Positions 1 to 13,646 of a stretch of DNA of 64,000 nt are shown here, one piece after another (positions within the stretch are counted from its first letter, which is position 1; each line of letters starts with the position of its first letter). A model generated the notes under the pieces. It was not told the DNA's origin, did no database searches, and was given only the letters and a program-made list of their open reading frames with translations. The stretch spans positions 11,160,001-11,224,000 of the forward strand of contig NC_092674.1 of the NCBI RefSeq assembly GCF_964355755.1. Reading direction: 5' to 3'. The stretch comes from Antedon mediterranea. Its lineage: Eukaryota > Animalia > Echinodermata. The position numbers and the translations under genes were made by a program.

Positions 1-3000
1 CAACAAGGCTATAATTTAAAAATTTAAATAACAGAAAAAGGCAATAAATATGGATTGATGCAAGAATGAAAGAGTAGGGTGTCAGGGGTGAAAATACTAC
101 AACAAATGAAAGATGAAAGCAGCAAATACAAGTGCCAAAAATGTCATTAAATATTAATGTAATATTTAGTTATAATCAAAAGTGAAGGCTAGGTTGAACT
201 CCTATGATAGGTACAAAATAGGCTCTTTATTTAAAACTAAGTTTTAAGGTAATTAATAACAAATTTGCCTATTACTACATTAAGATTGTAAGAGCTGAGG
301 CATTTGCAAAAATTGCTGCTATGGTTTTTTTTGTTTACACATTTTTGTACCCAACTCGCCATGTTTAGGACGTCATCACAATTCACCATTGCCCTATATT
401 GGACTTCCAATTGCTGCACCTAAACTCTAAATCCAGTAAAAACTTGGTGCCGGTATCTGTCCCGATTTTTATAAATTGTATTTCCACATGCCTCAGATTG
501 CACCTTCCCATCCCCAAACCAACCAAACCCTTTTTACAATTGAATTACTATTATTATTTTTAACAAACGCTAATTATTTAATCTTTTTATTTCATCTGAA
601 AAATAATGACTTTTGGGATCTATAAGACTTCCTAAAATATAATTATAACAATCTTATAGTGTTTTTTGTTTTTTTGGCCAACAATTGTTTATTTGGCAAT
701 ATGTAAAGGAACCAATTATTAAGTACAGCAGTAAACAGCATTGGCATGATTTAAAATTTGTATAGTTTCATTTTATAAACCAACTTTGACCTTTGACAAG
801 TGTTAGAGATTGAAAATTTATGAGTACAAGAATTACATTAAGAAAAAAAAAACAGATCACAGATAGATCTTAATGGCTACTCGCTTCCAACGGTAAAGGA
901 TTTGACATTGGAAAAAATAAACTACAGACATTTCAATTGCATTTTTGCTTTGCATAATATCGTGACAATTATGCAGACTGGAAACGCAGTGTTGAGAAAT
1001 CAAAAGTGGATTGCTATAAAATAAGCCGCGTAAACATTTGCGGAATCACTGACAAGGGGAAATAAATTTATTATTCTAAATTGTATATTTAGCAGGAATA
1101 GTAATGATTTAATAAATAGTTCTGCGCGCTGTTAATTATACAGCAAAACTTGCGGCTAAAGCTTACGGATTACATATCTTTACATCAATCATGATGCTCA
1201 GATGAAACATCACGGTTTTGGTTGTTAATGAAGGGTTGAATATTAAAGCAAAATCTATGGTAAGTTCAAGCTGAGCCGTGGGCAGTACTCTCCTCTAATT
1301 TACAACACATTAAAGACAATTTTTGTCTACTTCATATCTATAAGTAACATCTTTTGATAATTTATGTATGGTATATAAAGGATTAAAGATGGCAGGCTGT
1401 AACGGCACTCTAAGATGGTAACAGAGAATGACGTTTAGGGTTAAAAGGACATTAAAAGTAGGGTTAGGTGTTAAGCAAAATAAAAACTGATATAAGTAGA
1501 CACGAAGAAAACATGATGTACTTGAATATAACATTCAAGGCATCTTGGTAACTAGGACACATTTTAAGAACGACACATAGTTTAAAACATTGCGGCAACC
1601 TATATCAGTGCTAACAGAATGTAATTTAAATGATTAAGAAACTCAGTGGACTGAAAACGTTTTATGACATTTAGTCTTGTTTTCATTCCGATATATAAAC
1701 AGATTTTTGTTTAACAATGAATGAAGAATGTCATTATATTGCACTACAAGAAATTGCTTGTTTCTGTATTATTAATTTATACAGCCAAGTGTATTTTCAA
1801 TTCTAGAGGGAATCATTTTGAATATATCGAAGGCCTTATGAAATTATCCCATTGGCACTAAAACATTATCCACTGTCTTGGTGTTTGATGGCCTTTAAAT
1901 CATTCTCAGTTTATTGAATGTAGTTTGACCTGTAAAATTGAACAACATTAAAATGCAAAAAAATGAAACCTGTGTGATTTTAATTCATTTATTTAAAAAT
2001 AAAAGATGGCAGCATTTTTAAACAGAAAATGTGTATATACATACAACTAAAGCGCCACCAATGTCCATATGATAGAGAACATTTTAAATATGTCCCTCTC
2101 TTCCTTAATCATCAAAATGCTGGGAATGGGGACTGTTATCAAAAAATATTAATTAATGGGCTATATTATTATTTTCAAATAAGCATGAGATTGACAGAAC
2201 GAGTTATATAGCATGGCAAAACGATCAATTTTTATTTTGGTATAGGTCGTTGACCCATTATATTTTGGTTCTGTGCTCCAAAATTCAGAAATTTTTTTCA
2301 CTCAATTTTATTAAAGCATACATACTTTCATGCATAGCATTTTGTAATTGCATGATTTTACATAGCGTTTATGTTAATTACATTTGAATTATGTTACATA
2401 TCAATTTATGTGCCTTTTAAAATTGTCGTGCATTTAAAACTGTAACAATTTTAGTGATATACCTACAGTATATTATATTGCTATGTAAACTACTACTACT
2501 AATAATAATTTATGCCTGTGCATTTCGGTGACTAATGTTCTTACAGACTTGCTAGAATGATAAGAATTTGGTATACATTATTAACTAATTAGTATTAGTG
2601 TATGTCTTTTTATTAAGCATGTGTACATTGCAATTAACAGTAATAGAAAGCTATGCTATGAAATCCCACACACGTTTTCCTAGAATAGCCGAATATACTT
2701 GATTTAATATTTCAAGCTAAATCGCACTTTTTTTAGCATTGAACCAAAGTTTTGGTAAATAGAATAACTTTACGGTAGCTAAATGGTTTGCTATTAAAGT
2801 GTTTATCCAGCCCACAGGAAAGTGGACTAACTATTAAATTGGAGGAATGGCTCAGTAACAGGTTAATAACCCCTTTTTTACACTGGGCTCTTGTTGGTAA
2901 ATGTGACGCTCAGAAAAAGTCAAAATGACTTTGAACTTCTTTTTGTATCACAAATACCTCAATGTTGCTCCATCCTCCCGATCTTTCAAAACAGAACTGT

Positions 3001-4865
3001 ATAGTACACAGCAAACAGAAAGTTTAACATTAAAATACCCAGTAAAGTAATTTTGTTCAAAATAACATGCAAGAAAATATGAAAATGTAAAATATGCACA
3101 TGCACCCACATACAAAATCAAGGGGAAAAAATGAAAATAGACACAACACAACCATTTCAATAAATGATGTTTACAGTAATAGGTAAAAAATACATTTTTT
3201 CTCTCGCAATGTATTTTACAGGTAATAACTAATATTTGCAAACATTTAAATTTATAGGGAAAACATTTTTTAGAATATTTTTCCCTATTTAATATAATAT
3301 ATTTCATTGCATGTACAGATATTTTGGTATTATAAAGTATTTCCAATTGCAATGCTACTTTAAATCAATGGTACTTTTATTTCTACTGTTCTAATTACGG
3401 TAATTAGACAGAATTGGCCCTCTAGAGGAATAGCTTATGTAAAGAACAACAAAACTATAATGGTATACCATAACAGTTGTTTTTTATGTAAAAAAAAATT
3501 AAATTATCAAACTCAACTGTTAAGTATTTGTTATTTACAAAAGAAGGATTACACTATACAAGATCTTAAATACTGTACACTTTAATATATACCAATAATA
3601 ATCACTATTCTGGAAGGGTTTGTACAGTACAAGCATAAAGATACTACCGTATTAATTTATCATCTCTATGGTACCATGATAGTGGTTTTTGTGTGAAATA
3701 TCAACATGCCTTAGTGGGAGTAAGTGATATGAATGTAATGGCATTATCTTCAATGAGGAGGGAGGCAGAAAAATAGTTTCATTGACCTTCTCCATCTGGA
3801 CTTGGTGCTAAAAGATGTTTTTACTGTACATGTACTTGTTTTGATCAAACAATACTAGGTATTTCACGTACACCAAGTCCAACAAGGGACAGTATTTTAC
3901 TAACACCTGTCTGGCTTTTTGTAATTTACGGCTAGCAACTGGCATTGGTTTTTATAGCATCATTCAATTATAAGTGTAATGATATTAAATGACATGAACC
4001 TAGAAATAAACAGGTCAAAAACATTTTGGAATAATATTATTATAGTAATTATCATTTTTATTGACATGTCAGATTAAACAACTGACAAATTATTAAAAAT
4101 GTTATAACATATTTATAAATACGACATATTTTAGCCATGGATTAAACAAACCCCCCACATTTTTTAATTGCTAGATCTAACAGTTTTGGAATTTTCAAAA
4201 ATTCCATTGAATTGAAGAAAAACATACAAGTAACTACTTTGGTATTTTTATGAAAGTTCACATGTTCAAGACAAATAAAGAATTATAGAACAACGAAAAA
4301 AGACATGTAGAAAATGGCCACAAAGTTAGGGCTACAGGCAACTTTGAGTTGCCGCATTGAAGCAAGACATTTCCATGAAATTTTTGACATTTTGTAAAAA
4401 CAATGCATAAATTACTTTATAAACATTAAAAACCAGGCCATTCCTTGTCCTAAATGTACGTTCTATTGTTATTATAAAAAGAGAGAAACAATGCACTACT
4501 AGTAGCTTGCATGGAATGTTCTCTCGTAGCCTAGCCTATTTAGAAGACCTAGCTGGTAAACACCGGTAATTTACGAACATTGTATGCTAGCTAAAAGACT
4601 AGACTGACGTTTTTTTGCTGAAGAGTCTAGACTACCAGCAGAAGTGATGATAAATAGGCCTAATCATGACAATTTCCCCCTTAAAACTACCTATGAAAAT
4701 CCTGTCTACAGGGCTGCAAACTATCTGTGTTATGGTAGATTCTGCAACAAAAACAAATTAGGAAATTTGGGTAAAAAAAATGCAAATGTTGGTGAACATA
4801 TCCATGTTTATTCCACTAAATGCAAATGATAGAATGTTTATTCTAATAATAGCAGAGACTTTTTT

Positions 4866-4947
4866 AATCTACATAGATCAAAATCATCGGTGTTTTGTCA
4901 TCAGTAATCTACATAGATCAAAATCTATCGGTGTTTTGTCAACAGTA
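4866..4947. repeat. Tandem duplication, ~40 bp x2
   Basis: aatctacatagatcaaaatc(t)atcggtgttttgtca(t/a)cagta occurs twice head to tail. Confidence 0.9.
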
Positions 4948-6232
4948 AAAATCTAATTCTGTTTAAATGCAGAATTTATTTTAGCTTTTTATTAAACTTT
5001 GCAAATCGCGTCCATTTAATTCATCTGTCATTTTGCCTAAGTGAATTGCTTTTCAATACCTTTTTTATGTAGTTTATGATAATATAAAATCAGACAGAAT
5101 ATTTTTTCTTTTTCTTTTATAGTGAATCATATAAAACCAGACATTGTCTAACAAGTCAAATCTCTGAGGCAATAAGAAATGTAAAAATATTGCTTTATGA
5201 AAATCTAAATCCATTTTTACAGGTCATAGGTGAAAGTTCATAACTTGTTTTTTATGACTAATACAATCTTTAAGGTTACTTTACAAAATAATAAATCATT
5301 TTAAAAACCAAAGTAGTCAGGTCATTTCCAGAGGGAATGAAATAACAATAGCAAGTTGTTGTTGTTAACTGTAATTAACTGATGTTGAGACATAAAATGG
5401 TCATTGTGAAGTGAATTGAAGTAATTCTACCTAACATTAGATTCATTTAGTAATATATCATGCACATTTTAAACTCTTTATCTTGTTTAAAATGTAATTC
5501 ACAACAATCATGGAATATTAAGACATTTTACAAAAAATCTAGTTATTATAAGAAAATGTGTTTCACACATCCCAATGTTTTATAGGCTTTGTCTAGCACC
5601 TACTGTATCCAAGCTTTTATTAACTAATTATTACCGATTCCCTCTACTTTTGGCACATTTTTGGACCCACCTTTAACATTTTAAAGTTGTCAAAAAGAAA
5701 ATGTTTGCCATGCCACAACTACCAGTTAGATATCTTGGTTTTGATAAGAGTGTGTTGAACTTTTGCAAGCTTTTAACTTATTTTATAATAAATGAAATAT
5801 TGATCTCTTTTCATAATATTTAATAACAAAGCAATATTTCAGTTTCATCTTCATAAATGTTCAATATTTAAATTTTTGTTGTTGTGTTGATCCATTTAAC
5901 ACAGAAGTCCTCAGTTATTACTTATCTGTAATATAAAAGCCTTCCATTCAAATGAATTATTCTATATTTTATGATTAGCAAACTTATTACTAACATATAA
6001 AGAAAAAATTAAAAAATATTGAAAACTGCATTGTTTTGTTAGTAAAAATAAATCTACAAAATGTTTTTATCTTCATAATGATTTAATAATGTTATTAGTT
6101 AGTTCAATAAAATGAAAACAACTATTTAAAAAACTAAAGTGTAACTGTAAAAAGTTTTTTTAGTCAAGTTGTGACTCATTTTGTAGGAAAATAATGCACA
6201 AGAGGAATCACAAGACAATTTGCCATACTTAC

Positions 6233-6346
6233 ATAAATCATTTGAGGGTGCGTACCAGCTGTGTAGATATATGGCGTGTATTGGTTGATGTGGCTGTATA
6301 CAGACGATGGTAATGACCCAGAAACATCAGAAGCCAGGGTCTGCGT
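6233..6346 (-). CDS. mbl: Muscleblind-like linker exon (S/Y/P-rich)
   Basis: Strong acceptor ttttgtgtgttcccccattttag| and donor |gtaagt. 114 nt, open in phase 0: TQTLASDVSGSLPSSVYSHINQYTPYIYTAGTHPQMIY. GC is raised relative to the flanks. Assigned by splice signals and frame, not by homology. Confidence 0.8.
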
Positions 6347-8846
6347 CTAAAATGGGGGAACACACAAAACGCAAAAACAATAAGATGCATGCGGTCTATA
6401 CTAAGGAAGGGTGAAGGTATATAATTGATGATGAATCCACCATTTTTCAAATTTGCTTCAAACAATGCACAAACATTAAAGCTTGGAAGCTTACATAATC
6501 AATAAATGAGGTTTACCAAAGCATATAACAATCAATGGCTAAAAACCACTTTTATTAATTAGTTAAATACAAAAATAATCATAGTAATGATTTAATCATA
6601 ATGGCATGATGATTATGATGATATTAATAAATTGGTGGTAAATCATAATCATAAATGATGATTATAAGATCAATTGACACATTTTCAGCAATATGAATTC
6701 ATAATTGTTTTAGATAGATGTTTGTGCATTGGTTGCCATGAATGATCAAACACGCATACATTAATAAAACAAGATTTATATTTCTAGTTGAGTTGTTAAA
6801 AGCACAATATAAACTACTTTTTTTGGTGCTCAGCAGAGAAAATAATCTAGATTGGTGTATTTATTCAACAACTATGTTTGTCTGATCATTGATGGTGCTC
6901 TTTAGTTTGTTGCACCAGCAGGTTAAAAGCCATAAAATAAGTGAAAATTGGAATTTAAGCATAATGAAACATTATTCTGAATCATGCAAAAGGTTACAGT
7001 CATGAAACAATAAAAAAAAGCATTGACAACCATACACATATTTATTATAAGCATAAAAAAGCATTCCTTGTATAAAAAGCCAAAAAACACAATCCAACTC
7101 AATGAAAATGTAAAAAGAAATAATAAAAAAGCAACCAAATGAATAATAACATAAACTAATAATAAAAAAAATAAAAAGGGAGGAAAGTAGAATGTAATGA
7201 ATGTTTAATTTTTGTAAATGTTGTGAAATTACGACGCGTCATACCTAGTTACCATTTATGCTACCAAACATAAACAACTTTTGCTTAATTATTAGATTAT
7301 TTATTAAAATATGATTTTGCTTTATATTTCATCTGCTTTCGAAATTTTATTAGTAAATATATTTGTAAAATACAGTATAGGATATACAGTTATTATTTCA
7401 CACTGTATATCCTGCATGTGATATATCCATATATTATTATGGCATCCAGCTAAACTTGAACATACTGTAGAAAAAAATGGTCTACAAACAGAAGATTTCG
7501 TAGAGTCTCGGCCGTAATTTATTCACTCTCATTTTCTATATTGTTTCAAAATTTTTATTGATTTCAGCATTCACTGGGCATTTTGGAGACTCACTTTTTC
7601 CATTTAAACACATCAATAATGTATGGTATATCTTTAGAGCTAATTTTATCAAACTACACTATTGGAGATTGGAGAAAATATATATTAAATTAAAAGAAAT
7701 AGTTTTTATCTACCTTCAATAATAATATACAATATGCATATAAATATTATATACATATATTTAATATTATTTAACAAATTGTTACAGCAACTACACTATA
7801 TTTCCATTTACAATAATTCATCTCCAATTTTTCATTTGCAAAGATAGAAATAGGAGATCTTCCAAGATGTATTTCAAAACTGCTAATGAAATTCAATGTT
7901 AGCATTACAATTACTAACTGTACTCTTGCGTACGAAACAAAGACACCGAGGATGAAGATGGCTATTTGTGTAAGGTATCAACTTAGAAATGTAATATTAT
8001 CAGATGCAACCACTTGAGACGGTTAGTCCATTAGTAGTTTTATAAAGCAATATCTTCAATTGTAATTAAGAAATCATAAAATACTTGAAAGGTGATAATA
8101 TTGTGCTTGACAAGAAATCATATACTCTTTAAAGTCTTTGATAGGCAGATTGTGGAGATTTTGGGAAATGTTTTTGTTATCTATGTAATTAGAAAGAGGC
8201 AAGTTCAAATTGTAAATTTCTTTACAGAGGCAAGCTTAGAATTTCTTCACACAGAAATTCTTCAATTCTTTGGTGGCAAGATCATGTGGCATTCCCATTC
8301 TTTTTTCATACAATCTTATATATCTTATGCCTAAATTAAATATAACTCAACTCATTAGCATTTTCAGCTCTAAATACTGAATAAAAAATCCTTAATATCC
8401 AGTGAATTGGTCTACATCCTAATAATTGCATGATGAACAAAATTCAATAGAAAGTATTATAGGCAAAGAAATGTTAAGAGAGTACAAAAAAAAATCAATA
8501 ATTCAGGTAAAAAAAAGAAAAATAATTAAATGTTGTACTGTTATTAAAAGAGGGTACAATTAAAACAGTAACAGAAACAGTTGGCTATTCCTAATATTCA
8601 AATTTATACTACAGTAAATATACATTCTGGATGCTAATAAAAAAAAGTATACATTTTCATCAATTAAATGATTTTCGGGTTATTTAGATATAAGCATCCG
8701 GAGAATAATTATGTTATGTTGTTAAAGAGCTGAAAGATTACATAGTTCAAAGAAATCAGCTTGTAACGAATAAGAAGATAGCAATAGATAGAAATAGTAT
8801 AACATTAATTATATTGATGACAAGTGAATTTGTACAATGAACTTAC

Positions 8847-9059
8847 CGTGGGAGTTACCGATTGTGCTGGAATTATGGTTTGTTGTAGAGGGACGTGTGA
8901 ACTCATCGCCTGCATCTGTACTAACTGATGCTGCTGATGCGACTGTATACTCTGCATAAGTTTTTGCGCCGCTAAATTATTCCGTCCGTTTATTTCAAGC
9001 TGCGTTTTCAGGTGAGGCGGTGGATGCAGGTATTTACAATTTTCACGTGTGCAGCGGCC
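8847..9059 (-). CDS. mbl: Muscleblind-like coding exon (rest of ZnF2 and Q-rich linker)
   Basis: ttttttttccctgcag|GRCTRENCKYLHPPPHLKTQLEINGRNNLAAQKLMQSIQSHQQHQLVQMQAMSSHVPLQQTIIPAQSVTPT|gtaagt; 213 nt, phase 0/0. It joins in frame to the SLK of the previous exon, and the N-terminal part is nearly identical to MBNL. Confidence 0.97.
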
Positions 9060-10329
9060 CTGCAGGGAAAAAAAATGAATCAATAACCATTTGGTGTATT
9101 TTTTCTTTCGCCCCTCTGGGAATTAATTTTTTCCTCTCAAGTCGTGCAACTGAAAGCATATCATGAAAATATAATTTTTGATGTGTACTGACATTTAGAT
9201 GAAACCCTTGAGAAAAATTTCAAATGACGACTAACATTGAACTGCTACAGTTTTATTCTGGTCGATTTTAAGTTGCATGTCTATAAATATTGTCTGTCTG
9301 GTCGAAGAATAAGAAACTTATCAAATATATCTTTCTACTTAGATAAAAAAATCATTACTAACATTGAATAAAAAAAAGTATTTCTATCAAATAAAAAGCT
9401 ACATTACAAACATTTATTTTTTAAATGTAATATTTGAAACAACATACAATGCAAACTATATAAATAAATATATATATATAATAAAAACATAAAAAATGCA
9501 AATTATAATCTGGAAAAACTATGCATGAATACGTTCAAGAAATTCATTTAAAGTTTTAACTTTTTTTTCTACTTTATTTCAAGATATTTCCATTTTAGAG
9601 TTTATAGATGCAATTTGATATTATCTTGTATCCACATACAATCATAGGATTACTTTATACTATTCCATGGATATCCTCAAATATGGATGATTCAGTTTAG
9701 AGTTTAAAAATGCAGATATCATGTTTTCATTCTATCCACATTTTGTTTAAATGGAAATAGTAAAAATCTTGTATTTAACTTCTTATGTTACTTATTGTTG
9801 CCAAATTTTCATTTTTTAAACAATATATTATTTCAAAAATACAGTTAAAAAAAATGTCAAACTATAACGCCACTTCGAGAGTGCATACCTCGGCTCCGCT
9901 TACTGTAAAATTCTCCTAAATAAGAATTCACCGAAAAAAAAAACATATATTTGTTTATTTTTGTGTCTTAATGCTGTGTGTGATTAGGCTAATTTCACTA
10001 CAACCATGTGTATGCGAATTTGGTGTAATGGTTATGTACCCAGTCTTTCAACTAAAAATAGTTTCAGTTTCAGAACAGCAACAGCAAAAACAAATGGGTG
10101 AATTTGAAAAAAAATAGGTTTTTTAAACTACTCGTATCAAGAAACCTGTACATTAAATCAAATTACGTTTTAAATTTACAAATCACAAATTATAACTCTT
10201 GCCTCTTGTACAAAAATGAAGTTTTGTGGACAAGTAGTTCTCGAGAAAATGCAATTTTCAGTAACTTTAAGACTGCTCACCGGCTTTTGAAATTGTCTCC
10301 TATCTTTAAACACTAGCAGGTTTGAAAAT

Positions 10330-10527
10330 AATAATAGAAAGTGGTCCAGAATTGGGACCCTGGTCAGAATTGCCTCCAAAATTGAATGGAGTGGTCCTTG
10401 ACCACATATCTATCTGTATTGGTAAAGATCTTGTAATAACTTTTTGAGTAATCTTGCCAACAAACAAACAGACACGCAATCGACTACATAATCGACTGTA
10501 ATAAGGAGAAGAAACCAGAGATAACAA
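10330..10527 (-). mobile_element. HINE/DINE-1-like repeat fragment
   Basis: gtctgtttgtttgttggcaagattactcaaaaagttatt ... ccattcaattttggaggcaattctgacc resembles Helentron-associated elements with a GTYT microsatellite. Recognised from memory only; ends unclear. Confidence 0.4.
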
Positions 10528-13395
10528 TTATTCTACAATTTGCAGTTTTAATCAAAATGTATTTAAATTAATACAGATTGAATGTCTTTACTGAAAAGAG
10601 ACACTAAAGATGATTTAAATATTACATTAGTAATGCTAACTGAACTCATTGAACTCCAATACCCTTAAATATAAAAGTATTAAATTGGTTAAAACTACAC
10701 TTTAATATTGCGGACAAGGGTAAAAAACTCATTCATCAAAATCAAGAAGATAGCAGTTTAAAATGTGCTACAAATCCATTTCTAAAATGAAAATGTGTTA
10801 CTAACGATTCCCAACAGACTTGAAGCGAGTGCGGTATGTCTCGGTTAAAGTAGCATCAAGAACAGATATAAGTACTTCACTACTATTAAATCCACTGCGT
10901 TTTATGCAAATAACGATAATAACAAAAACTGTTATTTTATTACAGTACAACACTTGAATGCTCTAACCATTATCAAGTGCGTGGATGATTGAAAAAGGTG
11001 TTAAAGCAAGAATAGTTGATTCTATTATTTCATTGTGACCCAAATATGAATTTAAAAAAGAAAGAAAATGTGATAAATATTTTAAGAGGTTAAGTAAATT
11101 AAAATTCTACAGCTGTAGACTTTATCAGCATAATTATTTCTTTGATTTATCTGTTGAGACAAAAGGATTTATTTACTATACTTGATATATACCAACACAG
11201 ATGAGTCTTCATGTCAATATTTTAAGAGTTTGTTTCAATTGGAAGTTCCAAGTTTGATTTTCCAAAATCAAATCCTTGACCATTAAAAACCAGTTCGGAG
11301 CAGCAGTGGTTCCTACTTGAACTCAAGTCATACAGTAGTAACGATACATTTTGTAGACTCCATTACTAAATTCTAGAACTGGCAGATGGAAGGTAACGGT
11401 TTATTGTTCACATTTGTCAGCAGCGAAAATGAAGCTAAAACTAGTAAGGAGTTGTAAAACATTTGATTACAACCTAGGCTGCTATAGACATCTTCTTTCT
11501 TAATACTACTAAAACTAGGTTGAAAGGAAACTCTTTTCTGTAAAAACATGGGCTAAAAATGAATAGCACCTAATTAAATAAGTTTTCTTCATTAAGTGCG
11601 CTCAATTTCTTTATAAAGTACTCTTAAATACTAAGTAGTAGTCAGTGAAGGATAATTAATAAATGTAGATAGTCAAATTAGAGCCGTTAACATTCTACCT
11701 AAAATGAACTCTGGAAATTGAACAAGTTCAACTGACTAATTATTCGTAACACATTCTATCATTAATATTTTACTATGTGAATGACATTAGTAACCAAAAA
11801 TTAATGTCATTATGTTGTATGAAGGTAAACGTGAAGATAAGAATTGAAGAAGATATCTTGACATTGCAGTCAAAAAGCATTGACAACTAGTAATTCTACT
11901 GTGTAGTCATAAGAGAGTAATTATGACTCGTATTCTAAATACTTTTGAAATAAACTTTTTTTCTCAGTTAAACATTTGTATTACTTTTGATACAGATAAC
12001 CCATATTAAGGGACAAAACAAAGAATAGAGGGTTTGTTGTAGTTAGTGTTCCCACTACCGGGGTGTTCCTGAATAGGGCTGTCTCCAAATATGGTGTCCC
12101 AAAGGAGGGCTTCTACTGTAATTTGGTTTTTAAAAAATGGTTTTGTCTTTAATCGTTAGCATGATCTTGGGCATTCACTGGATCTAAAGTTGTGTTAAAG
12201 AGGTGATACGGAGAGTAAGAAACTAACTCTGATACACGTCAGCTTAAAGTCATGTCCTTTCCTCATATACAACTCTGCTTGTGTTGAGCATATTAACATA
12301 AGAAAGCGTTATGATTCTCATATGCAAAAATATAATTTCCATTAACAATTGAGGTAATTTTGTGATTTATGTGGTTTTTCATAATATTTCAGGTCTGTAT
12401 TTTTAAACAGCAAATTTAAAGAGTACCTTCCCTGTTTGCATCACTTTGCTGTCGCATAGTTGATTCTCTAGTAGTTTAATAGTATGCATTTAAACAGAGA
12501 CTAATTACGCCCTCACCCAGCACTAGTTCTTGATGCATGCAGGTAAACAAGATATATGACAGTACATACAGGATTTAACAGTACAGTAGTTTTAATCTTT
12601 ATCATCAAGTTTGCATAGGCTGTGAACATAGTTTCTTCAACAGACAGTAGTGAGGACATACATTTATCATGGCTTTATAGGCATCATAAGCATCAAATGA
12701 TGACAGTTCTAATGGCCTGAAACCACAAACATCAGTTTAGATGTCAAATGAATTTGATATCACTATAGTAACTTTACATTTTAATCATATGTAGCTTATT
12801 TTTTTATACGCAACAGTCCCTAGAATGCCGATATAAATTCTGGTACTGCCAAGTTACAATACAAATCTGGTGGTCTTTAATGAATTTTCTATGCAAATGA
12901 GTACATGTTCTAATGTATGCAAATGTATGTTGATATGCAATGAGTTATGATAACTGAATGTGATTCATTGGACGATTTGTAAGTAGTTGAATCATTCATA
13001 CTTGATACATGACTAACGTTGACTCATTCAACTTTTATTAACAAAAGGAATTTTAGTGGATTCAACAAATTGATATGACTAACAAGTTGTTATACATCAA
13101 CAAGAACGTTCAATGTCAAACATGTTTCTCATGTCCCCTTCACCTCAATTAACCTTTCTATAAATTTTTTTGCTTCCTTAAACTTTTCTAGAAGAGCTAG
13201 TTAATTTAGCTAAAGTATAGCTTCCTTTAATACATTTGGAAACAAGGGTTTAGTGCAGTTTGCTCATTAATTATAATTATTAATATATCGAGAATATGTA
13301 ACTGAACCACTTGGTCTCTAATTGGATGTTGGTCCTAAACCCAATGTTCCATCCCAATAAAACAAAGTTGTTCCTTTTGCCATTTTAAACAAAGT

Positions 13396-13646
13396 GGAGC
13401 TGTGGCTTGGTGGTTATGATGCTTGGCTACCAATCTAAGGGTCCTGGATTCAAGTCCTGTCATATGTCAGGGTTTTTTTCTCATGAAAATTTACAACTCC
13501 ACTCCCAAAGACTTAATAATAAGTTTTTGTTTATGTAGAGCATCGTGTATATGTTTGTCTTGTGAAATTATTAAATAGTTTATCCATCCTGTAATTGGCG
13601 GGTTACTCGCTGTTGGATGAGTATGGTATAAAATAAAATAAAAAAA
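13396..13646 (+). mobile_element. tRNA-derived SINE
   Basis: A-box-like TGGCTTGGTGG, B-box-like GATTCAAGTCC at tRNA spacing, and an A-rich (TAAAA)n tail. Confidence 0.6.
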
